The notes under the pieces: generated by a model
Database searches by the model: none
What the model was told of the DNA's origin: nothing
The model's input: only the letters and a program-made list of their open reading frames with translations
Position numbers and translations under genes: made by a program
Shown: positions 49,560-60,822 of the stretch, in pieces
Position numbering within the stretch: position 1 is the stretch's first letter
How the letters are laid out: each line of letters begins with the position of its first letter
NCBI RefSeq assembly: GCF_036321535.1
Contig: NC_087451.1
Coordinates: forward strand, 32,426,001 to 32,490,000
DNA length: 64,000 bases
Direction of reading: 5' to 3'
DNA from: Camelus dromedarius
Lineage: Eukaryota

Positions 49560-50163
49560 TAGGTCGGGGGCTGGAGGGGTGGAGCAGGGGTTACACTGAG
49601 GAGAGGGTGCCGCTGCCTGAAGGGTTCGGGCCTCGTCCCTCCATGCTGAACACAGTGCTTCTCTTTCCCCATGGTGCCAGGCAGAGGCCTTCTGAAAGGC
49701 AGCCCGTGAGCCTCGTCTCATACCATTTCTCCCTTCACTTTCTGCAGCTACATAGTTAACCTGTATTCATCTTTTAGTTCTTGACTCAGTTGTGTCTTCC
49801 TACAGGATGCCTTCCAGGACCATCCTGAAGAGGTCCATTTCCCTGTAATACCTTCCTCCCATAGACTTGGCTACTCCTGTTTCAGAACAAACACACACAC
49901 ACCTACCACACACACACACACACCCCTACCTCTCCCTGCCCCTTGCACAGTGCCTGGCATGTGGTAAACAGTAAACACTTGTTGAAGAGCTGGGCCTGGT
50001 TTGCTGCGAGTTGGGGCCATTTGCAGAATTGGCAGCAGTGTTCTGTCTAGCCACCGGGGGGGGCAGTGGTGCAGTTTCGGGCCGCCCAGGGTAGGGTCAC
50101 CAGCAAATGGAAAGGCCCCTTCCACCACCCTGATCCGACTTTAAGGACCTCCTTTTGTGTCAG

Positions 50164-50271
50164 AAAACGGACATCACGGAGGCTGCCCTGGGGGTACTGA
50201 GACAGAGTCAGGTGAAGACGGTGTGGATAGTGGGCCGACGTGGACCCCTGCAAGTGGCCTTCACTATTAAG
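50164..50271 (+). CDS. FDXR: FDXR exon 7 (108 nt)
   Basis: [36 protein letters not shown]; CAG/GT boundaries. Confidence 0.95.
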
Positions 50272-50515
50272 GTGCTGGGGCCTGAGGGAGAGGGTCCAGG
50301 GTCCCAAGTAGATGGTCTGCTCTTAGGAGGTGTGGCAGGGCAGAGCTGCCTGTGGTGGAAGAGAGGGAGCCAGGCAGGGCCCCCCAAGGTCCAGTGCCTT
50401 CTGTGGTGGTGGGTGGTACTGGTGTCTCCCACCTGGGCTGGGTTCTGGGGTGGGCTGAGGCTGGACAGTGCTCTGGGCCTGACCTCTTCCCCCACTCCCC
50501 ACCCCCACCCCCAAG

Positions 50516-50600
50516 GAGCTCCGGGAGATGATTCAGTTACCAGGAACTCGGCCCATATTGGATCCTGCGGATTTCTTGGGCCTCCAGGACAGAATCAAGG
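50516..50600 (+). CDS. FDXR: FDXR exon 8 (85 nt)
   Basis: [28 protein letters not shown]; AAG acceptor, GTGAGG donor. Confidence 0.94.
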
Positions 50601-50733
50601 GTGAGGGGCCCTGGCCTGGCCCCCCAGCTCACTAGAGAGGGGATGGTCTAGGTCAGAGAGGGCTTGGGGGAGGGTGTTCGGGGAGAAGGCTGGAACCCAA
50701 AGATAGCCCTGAGATGTTCTGTGTTGCTGACAG

Positions 50734-50933
50734 AGGTTCCTCGCCCCAGGAAGCGGCTGACGGAATTGCTGCTTCGAACAGCCACAGAGAAGCCAGGGGT
50801 GGAGGAGGCTGCCCGCCAGGCATCGGCCTCCCGTGCCTGGGGCCTCCGCTTTTTCCGAAGCCCGAAGCAGGTGCTGCCCTCGGCAGATGGGAGGCAGGTG
50901 GCAGGCATCCGCCTGGCTGTCACCAGACTGGAG
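50734..50933 (+). CDS. FDXR: FDXR exon 9 (200 nt)
   Basis: [21 protein letters not shown]...[33 protein letters not shown]; donor GTGAGT. Confidence 0.95.
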
Positions 50934-51016
50934 GTGAGTCTCCTGTTAGCCAAAGACACCCCCATTCTTAAGTGTTCCCACCCACAGCCTGGTATTGCCC
51001 ACACTGTCCCCAGCAG

Positions 51017-51188
51017 GGTGTCGGTGAGGCCACCCGGGCAGTGCCCACTGGAGATGTGGAGGACCTCCCTTGTGGGCTGGTGCTAAGCAGCATTGGGTAT
51101 AAGAGCCGCCCCATCGACCCCAGTGTGCCCTTCGACCCCAAACTTGGCATCATCCCCAATGTGGATGGCCGGGTCATGAATGTGCCAG
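51017..51188 (+). CDS. FDXR: FDXR exon 10 (172 nt)
   Basis: [57 protein letters not shown]; donor GTGAGA. Confidence 0.95.
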
Positions 51189-51768
51189 GTGAGAGGGTGC
51201 AGTGGGGGACAGGGAGGCTGGTGTCTCCTGGGGTCATTCCCATTCATTCATTCATCTGGTGACAGGTACTGAGAGCCAGGCCGTGTCCCAGGATCCCATC
51301 CTGGGACTTAGTTTAACTGAGATGCCCACACCTATGCCTGGTTATTAAGTCATTCAGTTTACTGAGGCCTGCTCTGAGCTAGGCCTAGTTCTGGGATTGG
51401 AGATTAGGCAGCAGCCCCTGTAATCGGCAAGCTTGCAGTCTGATTGTATATTCACATACCAGTCTAGTCATTAATTCATTCAGTTAATGTTTACTAAGAG
51501 CCTGCTGAAGCAAGGTGGGCAGGACTCAGCTCCTACAGGGAGGTCCTGGTCTACAGGGACACTGAGGGGTAAGGGGGGATGGCATGGTAAAAACAGGTTG
51601 GGAAGAATTGAGAGCAGTGGGCCAGCAGCCACAGTGGGCCCACTGACAGATGCTGGAAGGCCGTGGGGTCAATGGATGCATGCACATGCAAGTTTGTATG
51701 GGGGCTCAGGCTTGCCAAGGGTGTCCAGCCCACTCCCCATTACTTACACCTTTGTTACTCGCTCCCAG

Positions 51769-51939
51769 GCCTCTACTGCAGTGGCTGGGTGAAGCGGGGC
51801 CCCACAGGTGTCATCACTACCACCATGACCGACAGTTTCCTCACAAGCCAGATTCTACTGCAGGACCTGAAGGCCGGGCAGCTTCCGTCTGGTCCCAGGC
51901 CTGGCTATGCAGCCATCAAGGCCCTCCTCAGCAGCCGAG
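51769..51939 (+). CDS. FDXR: FDXR exon 11 (171 nt)
   Basis: [56 protein letters not shown]. Confidence 0.95.
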
Positions 51940-52079
51940 GTCTGGGCCCCATGTGAGCTCCAAGGAGGTGGGGTGGTGGTGGGGGCATCCCTGGACCTTC
52001 CCACTGTTTGGGAGTTGGGTGTTCGGGGCTAGAGTGGAGGAGGCGGTGGAGGCAGTGACTCGTTTTCCCTCTGCCTCAG

Positions 52080-52210
52080 GGGTCTGGCCTGTCTCTTTCT
52101 CGGACTGGGAGAAGCTGGATGCTGAAGAGGTGTCCCGGGGCCAGGGCACTGGGAAGCCCAGAGAGAAGCTGCTGGATCCTCAGGAGATGCTGCGGCTGCT
52201 GGGGCGCTGA
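52080..52210 (+). CDS. FDXR: FDXR exon 12 (last; total 492 aa)
   Basis: [42 protein letters not shown] (TGA 52208-52210). Confidence 0.96.
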
Positions 52211-52508
52211 GCCCAGATCCTGGCCCGGCACGGACAGGAGGAGTCCTGTGCAGGGGAGAGGGACTGAGCCGGACTCCGCTCCACAGCTGCATCATTTGCT
52301 GGTCCTGGCGTGGGGCCTTGGCTGCCTCTTTTCCAGGGGGTTCTGAGCACTTCCTCCTGCCAGAAGGTCACTCTTGCCAGTGTGGATTTGACTCTCAGAA
52401 AGGAGATAACCTTAGTTAGGGATGGGTGCCAGGTGCAGGCTGATCTTCCTCCCTCCTACCTCTCTCCTGCTGGACTGTGGAGGGTCACCAGGTTGGGAAT
52501 AGGCTGGA

Positions 52509-52514
52509 AATAAA
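52509..52514 (+). terminator. FDXR polyadenylation signal
   Basis: AATAAA about 300 nt after the stop, with a GT/T-rich element (gtggttgatgtgctacttcttt) downstream. Confidence 0.8.
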
Positions 52515-52593
52515 ACACCTGCAACCCAGGATCAGTGGTTGATGTGCTACTTCTTTGGGGGCCCCGGGTCACCTTCCAGCTGCAGCTCCCCTC

Positions 52594-52612
52594 CAGTCAC
52601 CAGGTGGCGCTG
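52594..52612 (+). promoter_or_regulatory. CTCF motif between FDXR and GRIN2C
   Basis: CAGTCACCAGGTGGCGCTG, one core mismatch. Confidence 0.55.
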
Positions 52613-53139
52613 CAGGGCCAGCTCCCTGCTCAGGGGCCTCTTGGGGGCTTGAGGGGTTTTGGCAGCCAGGCCTGGCACCCACCCTCTTTTCCTCAGCTTG
52701 TCCCTGCTGCTGCGGCCTGCGTGCCTTCTGCACACATTGCAGGCACCCTTTGACCCCAATCTGCTTGCTCTGCTGGCTCCACTGCCTGGTCCCCTCCCTG
52801 GTGAGTCCCCAGTACAACCAAAACAAGAACAGAAGAGAAAAAGTGGGAGTGAGGGAGCTAGGCAGCAGCTTGTCAGAGCTCCTCCCTGTGGCCCCTCTAT
52901 CTGGTGAGGGTCCCCTACTCCGTGGCTTCCAACACCTTCCTGCTTTTTCAGTTTTCAGCCAGACCGACAAGCCTTTTAAAAATAGTACCTGAATCTTCGT
53001 AGTGCTTTGCAGTTTGCAAAGCGTGTTCACCGTCTTTGTGCTAGCCCCCAAGATGCTGGCCTCACTTTATAGACGGATGGATTCTCGAAATTAACTGGCC
53101 CAAGGTCACACACCCAGTGAGCTTCGGGCTCGAACCCAG

Positions 53140-54110
53140 GGCTCCGGGCAGCCCGTTTTCTCCGAGGCTGCAGTTGGCCCCGTGTGTCGGGTCTGGGGAC
53201 ACAGCCCTAGAGACGGGAGGAGGGACCCAGGCGCCTGGCGCACTGGCGGGCAAGGAGGGGCCTGGAGCAGCGCGGGTGCTGGCGGCGGGGTGGGCCGGCC
53301 GAGGCGGGCCGGGGCGGGGCGGAGGCGGCAGGCCCCGGTGGGGCGGGCCCGCGCGGGCGGCGGCGAGCGCTTCGCCACAGCCGGCTGGCTGGCTGGCCCC
53401 GGGAGCCGGAGGCGCGGCGTGCAGCGCAGCCCGGGACGGAGCCGGGCGCCTAGCGGGCCACGGGAGGGGCGCGGGGCGCGGGGGCGGGCCCGGCCCAGCC
53501 CGCCAGGCAGCGCCACGGGCACTGGCCCCGCGGCGCCCGGGCTCAGGCGCCCGCCGAGCTAGGACAGAGCGCGCCAGCGCGCGGAGCCGAGGCGGCGGGA
53601 CATGCTCCGCGCGGGAGGCGGCCGGCGCGGGCTCTGGGCGCGGGCGCAGCGCCCCTTCCCCTCGGTGAGTGGCAGGCGGCGAGCCGGGGGCGTCAACTTG
53701 GCCAACTTGGGGCTGGGCTCAGGCGACGCGCGGGCAAGGACGACGGAGACAGAGGCGGGACACCGGGGAGAGTCTGGCTGGCGCAGGGAGCCCGAGGAGG
53801 GGGGCGGTCGGGGGACCGAGACTCTCGGGGTCCCTGCCTGGGGTTTGGACCGGGGCGGGCGGAGATGAGGTGAGGAAGAGAGACCCAGGTGACAGGCGCG
53901 CGGCGGACGCGAGGGAAGGACGCGGGCGAGGCGCCCAAGACATTCGCTCCCGGGTCGCCGAGCCCTCCAGCTCCTTCTCCCGGCGCCGCGGCACCGCAGG
54001 GGAGGGGGCGGTGCGGGACTCGGGAGTCTGGGCTGCCGGCCCCGCAACTGTTGCTGCTGGAAGCCGGGCGGGGTGGGGAGGGAGCGGGGCTGTGAGCTGG
54101 GGCCCTGGCT
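53140..54110. promoter_or_regulatory. GRIN2C distal CpG-island promoter
   Basis: Very high GC/CpG with many GGGCGG boxes. Confidence 0.8.
53550..53664 (+). other. GRIN2C: Probable GRIN2C upstream non-coding exon (start approximate)
   Basis: Strong donor TCG|GTGAGT at 53665 just downstream of the GC-box cluster. Confidence 0.55.
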
Positions 54111-55064
54111 GGGTTCGCCAGAGAGAAGGGAGCTGGAGAGGACATGGGGCAGAGAGGACGAAGAGGGGCTGTCGGTGGTTCCCGAAGCCCAGCCCCCTGC
54201 TCCCGGAGGTTTGCTGAGCACCTACTGCGCACATCTGCCTTCACACCCCTGCCCCTTCACCCGCCGTGAGTCCCCCCAGGTCCTCCCCTCCTAGCTCTTC
54301 CTTTTCTCCGCCGCCCCGCATAACGCTCCCTCCTCTGACCTCAGGGAAACAGCCTGGGCTCCACCCGTTGGTGGGATCTTACCAAACGCTGACCTCACTC
54401 CCAAGCGGACCCAGGCTCCGAGGATGGGAAAGGACGGGTGGGCAAAGAGGACCCGGGACAGCCGTGAGCCCCTGTGCTCTGGGCCCTGGCTGCCGCACCA
54501 GCGGGTTGCTCTGGTCTGCTGGGTCTTCCATCAGGATCCCCGACGGCGGGGAAGGGAAACCCCGAGTATCCTGCTGAGGAAGGCCGTTCGTGCCTAGGCC
54601 TAAGCGCGCAGGGCCAGGGCCATGAGAAGTCAAAGGCAGCCAGCAGCTAAAAAATCCCAAAGGGTGCATACCACGACACATCCAGAAGTCCTGCTGGGTG
54701 AGTGAAGGGGGAATTCTCACTGGACCCTGAGCTCACTCCGCTGGCCCTAGCCCTGCTCACCCGATGGGACTTCTGGCTCGGTCCCCAGCCCTCTGATGGT
54801 GACACTGCCCTGGCTGGGTCCTGACCCTGGCCATGGTGGAAACTGAGGAAAGGAACTTGGAGGGGACCAAGTAGGCTCTATTTCGGAGCCCGTCTAGTTT
54901 CTGGCTGTGCAAATAGGTTGGGAGCCTGCTTCGAATAGACTCCATACTAGAAACTCGAATAGCATCGTTAAAGGGATCGGGTAAGCCGGGAACCAAACTC
55001 CCGACTCCTGGGTTCGCCCTAGGGCAGGCCCGGGGTGGTACCTTCCCACAGCCCCGCCTGCCAG

Positions 55065-55401
55065 GCGAGCTCCGCAACCCCTACCCGCGGGGCTTGAGGT
55101 GGCGACCAACTTGGGGCAGTGGGGAAGGGGACCTAGGAGCCAGAACGCTCGCAGAGGGTAGCCGCGAGGCGAGGGGCGCGGAGTGCGTGGTGCCCAGCTT
55201 GGCCGCCAGGAGGCGTGGCGCGGGTCCCGGCGCCCGGAGTCGCCGCTGCCGCCGCCGCCGCATCGCGAGTGTCCTTGAGCCGCGGGTGATGGTGGCTTTC
55301 GCCGCTCGCGCCCCCTCCTCCCTCGGGGGGAGCCTGATGCCACGTTCCCTATGAATTATTTATCGCTGGCCTAAAAATACCCCGAACTTCACAGCCCAAG
55401 T
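55065..55401 (+). other. GRIN2C: GRIN2C 5' UTR exon in a second CpG island (start approximate)
   Basis: Donor AGT|GTAAGA at 55402; joining to 58495 gives ...CACAGCCCAAGTGACCCTCCGGTGGACATG, matching my recollection of the human GRIN2C leader. Confidence 0.8.
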
Positions 55402-56752
55402 GTAAGAGATTCCCCCGGGGGGTCAGGGGCGGAATCAGCGGGGAGGGGGGAGTTAGTCTTGGAGGAGGGAGACCTCGGTGCCCGCGCCAGTAGGGGCGTG
55501 ATGGAGAGGTGGTCGTCTCCCCTGACGCCTGGGTTCGGGTTTTAGCTCGGCAAAAGGGGGGGAGGGAAGCCCGACGGCAAAGCAGAGGCCGCTCACTCGG
55601 AGGGAAGTGGATCCAGAGGAGCCGCGGAGCCTGGGTCCCTCGGCTCCCCGGAGGTGGCGCGGCTGGTGGGTGGGGCCGACCCCTGGGACCGAGGCTCCTG
55701 GCCTGGGAGAGAGGATATCCGTCAGATGTCTGGAGTGTGAGTCTGTGTGCATGTCCGTGTGTGGGAGCCTGCCTGAGATTGGGGGAGCACATGGAGATGC
55801 TCAGGCGGTTCAAAGTGATGCTGAGTGTTCCGGAAGACTGACCACTGTCACCCTTCCCCTGGACCCTTTTTGGGGTCCGGATATTCATCAAATATTAACA
55901 ACCCGTTTGTGAAAGGGGTGGACCCCAAGTGGGTGGGCAGAGATCTCTAAGACAATAGTCCAGTGTGGGTCGGGGGCATCTTGGGCTGGCAAATACCTGC
56001 CACGGGGCAAAATGAGGGAAACCGTGGCAGAGGAGCTCCCCAACCCAGGAGAAGTGGGGGTGTGGGGTGGGGGGGAAGAAGGGCAACCAGCCTAGAGCCA
56101 GACCCAGACCTTCTGTCTTGTCACCCGTGTTTCCAGAGCCTGGAAGGACTAAGGTAGGTGCTCTGTGGGAGGAGGATTGAGGTTGGGCTCTGGAAATTCT
56201 GGAATTTGTTGGGTAGACAAGACAGAGGTGGTGGGAAGAGGGCATTCTAGCCTCAGGGAACAGCAGAGCAAAAGCCTAGAGGCGAGGACAGTAGGGTCAT
56301 CCCTAGGTGGCAGGAGTGTGGGGTCCACGGAGGGGAGGACAGTTGGTTGGGATCAGGGTGTGTGGGGCTCTGTCCATGAGACCCAATGTCTGGACTTAAT
56401 TTGTGGGCACCAGGGAGCAGCTGTGCTGTTCGAGGAGGGGTGCAGTGGCCAGACGAATGTTTCAGGCCAGTGGGGCCTCCCCTCCTGCCTTGTGCAGGAG
56501 GCTGGACACCATGTGGTGCTAAGATTCTGGAGTCTACATCTCTTTGAATCTGCCTGTTGCTATTTTAAATTCACAGACTTGCCTGATTGGGACCCCTCCC
56601 TTCAGAGGCATCCTGTGATCAGTTTCTGTGAGAGGCAAGACCTGCCTCAACTTTCCTCCTCAACTCCTGTCCTGGAGGACACCTTCCAATCAGAGGGAGT
56701 CTCTGGGGACAGCACCCCCTTGGAGCTGAGGGAGGACCTGGGTTCTTCATCT

Positions 56753-57041
56753 AGAGCCACGTTGTCCAAAAGAAACCAAATGAGAGCTCATGTAGACACA
56801 TTAGAAAAAGTAAAAAGAAAGGTGAAATGAATTCTAAGGCTGTACTGTGTTTAGCTCAGTGTATCTTAAATGTTCTTTTGACATGTAATCCATAAAAATA
56901 TTAATGAGATGTTTTCTTTTTTGAATACTATGTTATCAATAGCCAGTGTGTATTTGACACGACATGCCTCAATTCTGACGACACACATCTGAGTGCCCGA
57001 TAGTCACACGTGACTGGAGGCTGCTGTATTGGACAGCAGAG
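56753..57041 (+). mobile_element. MER33 (hAT-Charlie)
   Basis: ttgtccaaaaga...aaaaagtaaaaagaaaggtgaaatgaatt...gccagtgtgtatttgacac...tattggacagca. Confidence 0.75.
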
Positions 57042-57854
57042 ACCTGGACCTCAGAGCTGGGAGGCAGAGGTGGGGGAAGCTTTGGGCTTCCCAGAGGGTG
57101 GGGAACCTACAGGGACGGGCAGGGATGAGCACAGAGAGGCCTTGCCAAGGGCAGACAAGCATGGCAGTGCCCTTTTCAGGTGTAATTTGAAATCTCTGGT
57201 TGGAGGTAGCTGCGGGCACAGCACCCTCAGGCTCGCACACAAGACGCACATGCGTCTCCAGGCTGACATTCAAAGTCAGTGTACTAAGAAATCATACACA
57301 GGGGGAATTTCAAGGGCACAAAAATGAGTATGGTATTCTCTCCCCTGCCAAAAATCCTGTCTTCTTATCCTGAATTAAACCAGGCCCAGCCTGGTCACAC
57401 TTTGACTCTTCCCTGTTCAAAAGTTTTGTCGGGGATGTGATGGAGATGGAGAGAGGGCAAAGCTGTGGCTGATGGCCAGCTGGGAGGGAGAATTGCATCC
57501 GTGGGTACCACTCACTGGCGTGGCTATTGGTCCCAGTCCAAAGCAATGATTCTCGTTTAGCAGGGATACACGTCAGGCCCTTGGGTTATGGTAAAAAAAA
57601 AAAAAAAAAAAACAAAAAAACCCCTCATATCAGTGATGGCCTAGGGAGGCAGCTCATGTGTGAGATACCTCCGGGTTTCAGGTGACTCTGAGCCCTGAAC
57701 AAATCAACTGTGTCACATGCCTGCTGTAGAAGAGCTGCTACTTATTGAGGCAACGGGGGTAGGGTAGGGATGTCCAGTGCCCAGGAAGAGCCATGCAGGG
57801 TTATTGCAGAGCAGGGTCCTCGGAGATGTTAGGTTCAGTTTATGATGGAGAAGG

Positions 57855-57858
57855 GTGC

Positions 57859-57910
<52 letters not shown>
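57855..57910 (+). repeat. (GC/GT) plus (GT)24 microsatellite
   Basis: Pure GT at 57863-57910. Confidence 0.95.
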
Positions 57911-57913
<3 letters not shown>

Positions 57914-58509
57914 AAGAGCTGCCTGCCTCCCCCTGGCTGTGGGGCTGTCACCTGTAGGATAAGGATGCTGAGAACAGGGGGAAGCCCTCACACCATTGTG
58001 AAGTAGGTCCTGTGATTGTTGCAGGCAAGAAAACATGGCTCAGAGAGGCTAAGCAACTTCCCAAGATCACACAGTTAGTACGTGGCAGAACTGGGACTTG
58101 AACTCAAGTCTCTCCAACTCAAATCCATGCACTTGGCACCAGATTAGCATTTGCTGTGTACCTTCCTGAGGCAGAACCCAGATGGATGAGTTTCCAAACA
58201 TGGTGTTCAACCATAAAATGGAAGGAATGAGCACCTAGTCTGGCATGTTCTTCCCAGCCCCTGCCCTCTGGGCTGCACTTGGACACTCAGCTAACCTCTG
58301 TCTCTTTCTCTTTGTCTGTCTGTGTCTGTCTGTCTCCCCCTCTCTCTGCCTCTCTTTGTGGTGGGAGGTTCCCCCTCTTCTCTTTCATCCTCTGGATGTG
58401 TGTCCCTCTGACTCTGGCCTTTGTCTCCTCTCTGCCACTCTTTCCTCTCTGTCCCTCTGCCTCCCTCCCCATGCCTATCCTGGTCTCTCCACAGGACCCT
58501 CCGGTGGAC

Positions 58510-58908
58510 ATGGGTGGGGCCCTGGGGCCAGCCTTGCTGCTTACCTCACTCCTTGGTGCCTGGGCAGGGCCGGGCCCTGGGCAGGGTGAGCAGGCTGTGA
58601 CAGTGGCCGTGGTGTTTGGCAGCTTGGGGCCATCGCAGGCCCAGGCCCGTATCCGCCTCACCCCCCAGAGCTTCCTGGACCTGCCCCTGGAGATCCAACC
58701 ACTCACCGTGGGGGTCAACAACACCAACCCCAGTAGTCTTCTCACCCAGATCTGTGGGCTTCTGGGTGCTGCCCGCGTCCATGGCATCGTCTTTGAGGAC
58801 AACGTCGGCACTGAGGCCGTGGCCCAGATCCTGGACTTCATCTCCTCCCAGACCCACATGCCTATCCTCAGCATCAGTGGGGGCTCTGCCGTGGTCCTCA
58901 CCCCTAAG
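58510..58908 (+). CDS. GRIN2C: NMDA receptor subunit GluN2C, first coding exon (399 nt coding; exon starts at 58495)
   Basis: [20 protein letters not shown]...[26 protein letters not shown]; acceptor CAG 58492-58494, donor GT at 58909. Confidence 0.96.
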
Positions 58909-59759
58909 GTGCCTGTTCAAAATCATGTCCCTCGTCCCTGAAGCCTAGAGCCAGGCTGGGGCTGGGGGAGTGGGGCTGAGTCTGGGCCAGGGAGACACTC
59001 AGGTCCTGGGAAGCTGGGACTGGGTGGGATCAGCAAGGAGGTGGGGGCTGAGGGAGACATGGATGAGGGAGGAGAAGGCTGTGGGAATGATGTTCCCATG
59101 TTTTAGAAGAAAAACTTTCTGGGCTGCTTTGACATTCATGTCTGGATGAGGGCTGGGCAAACCCACCTCTGGTTCTGGGGGCAACCCTGGCTCACCTTCT
59201 CCCTGTTTCTCTGGCCTCCCTTGGTCAGGATCCGGATCCAGGGGCAAAGGGACAGGCTGGGATCTGATGTAGTTGACCGGCAGGGGAGAGCATCCCGGGA
59301 CAGGTCACTGCCCAAGGCCTGGGGGTGGCAGGCCCTTGCAGAGCTTGCCGTCCTGTGGGGAGAAAGTTCCAAACACACTGCTGCCATCACAGGTGGGATA
59401 AGCATCCCGAAGGAAGATCACAGGATGCCATGCCACAAGGGAGTCTAACAGGACCCCCTGTGGGTCAGTGGTTGATCAGAGAAAGGGTCTTAAGAAATAT
59501 ATCGAAGCTGAGACCTGGAAGGTGAGGGAGAGTTGACAAGGTGTGTGTGTGTGTACGGAGTCGGGGTGAGGGTTCCAGGTAGAGGGGGCAGGTGGTGTGA
59601 ATGCCCAGAGGTGGGGAGGAGCTTGGAGTTTCTGAGGGACAGAGAGAAGCCTGAAGAAGGTGGTGGGGTCCCAACCACATAGGAAGATATTTGGGTTTTA
59701 CCCTAAGTAAGTGGGGAGCTGAGGAAGGTGTTGAGGGGAGAGACTGATCTGATTTGCAT

Positions 59760-60270
59760 TTCTTTTATGATTTTTTTTGTTGTAGGGAATTTTGAGCAGA
59801 CACAATGGTAGACAATTATAATTCCATGTACCCCTATCCACCCCAGGCTGAGCATGCCTCATCCTTACCCCCACCCACTTCCCCCTCGTCTGTATTATTT
59901 TGAAGCAAAGCCCAGACATATTTATATCATTCATAAATACTTCAGTTCACATCTCTAGATGATAGGGCTTTAAAAATAATAAAACCACCATACATCATCA
60001 CGTCTAAAAAATAATAAAAATTCCTTAATCTCATAAAATACCCAGGCAGTGCTCAAATTTTCCCCATTGTCTCATAAATGTCATAAATGTTTATTTTTAA
60101 GTCGGTTGGCTTGAATCAGGAACCAAATTAGGTTCCCACATGGCGATTGGTTGACAGGACTTCTGAGTCTCAGTCTCTAGACTCCTTCTCCATCTCTTTT
60201 TTCCCCTTGCTGTTTGTTTGTTGAAGGAACTGGGTTACTTGTCCTGTAGGGTTTTCTTGGAGTTGCTTTT
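59760..60270 (-). mobile_element. L1MC-like 3' fragment
   Basis: tattattttgaagcaaagcccagacat...aattccttaatctcataaaatacccag...gcttgaatcaggaacc. Confidence 0.55.
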
Positions 60271-60501
60271 AAAAAAAGATTGGGACCGTCAGAGTGTGGT
60301 GAAATCTTGGAGGGCCCGCAGTGGCAGCAGGGAACCCACAGTTAGGAGAGGATTGTGCTAGCTCAGGCTCCAACTGGCAGCGAGTGCCCTGGGCATTTGT
60401 GGTGGCAGAGGCAGTGGAGAGGCTGAACTTTCTCATTCCCAGGGCTCCCCGGAGGATAGTGATTTCCCAGTTACCTTGGGGCCTGACATTAGCACTCAGC
60501 A

Positions 60502-60822
60502 CAGTGGTTCTCCACCCTCAATAGTGCTTTAGAAAAATGCAGACGCCCAGAGTTCCATCTCAGAGATTTCCATTCAGTAGGTCTGGGCTAGCGGTTTCAA
60601 GAGCCACGTGAAGAGCTTGTTGAAATACAGATTCCTGGGCGACATACTCAGAGATTCTCATCCAGTAGTGCAATGCGCCCGAGAATTTGCATTTCCTCAA
60701 GCTCCCAGGCTACGCTGCTACTGCTGGTTTTCGGTCCAGCATTGGTTAGGTGGGGGTCGAGCACGCATATTTTAAAAAGCTCTCCAGGTGATTCTAATGG
60801 GCGGCAGGGGCTGGGAACCACG
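60502..60822. mobile_element. MER5A-type hAT fragments
   Basis: cagtggttctc..., cagattcctggg...gaatttgcatttcctcaagctcccagg, ttaaaaagctctccaggtgattctaatg...gggaaccac. Confidence 0.6.

Noticed and set aside
53100-55750. Many long overlapping ORFs on both strands, and a REST/RE1 site expected for a neuronal gene
   Set aside because: The ORFs are Arg/Gly/Pro/Ala-rich CpG-island artefacts. I found no convincing match to the TTCAGCACCnnGGACAG consensus by eye; a PWM scan would be needed.
56165-56830. 221-aa plus-strand ORF in a GRIN2C intron
   Set aside because: GTG start, no domain signature, and its end runs into a MER33 transposon.
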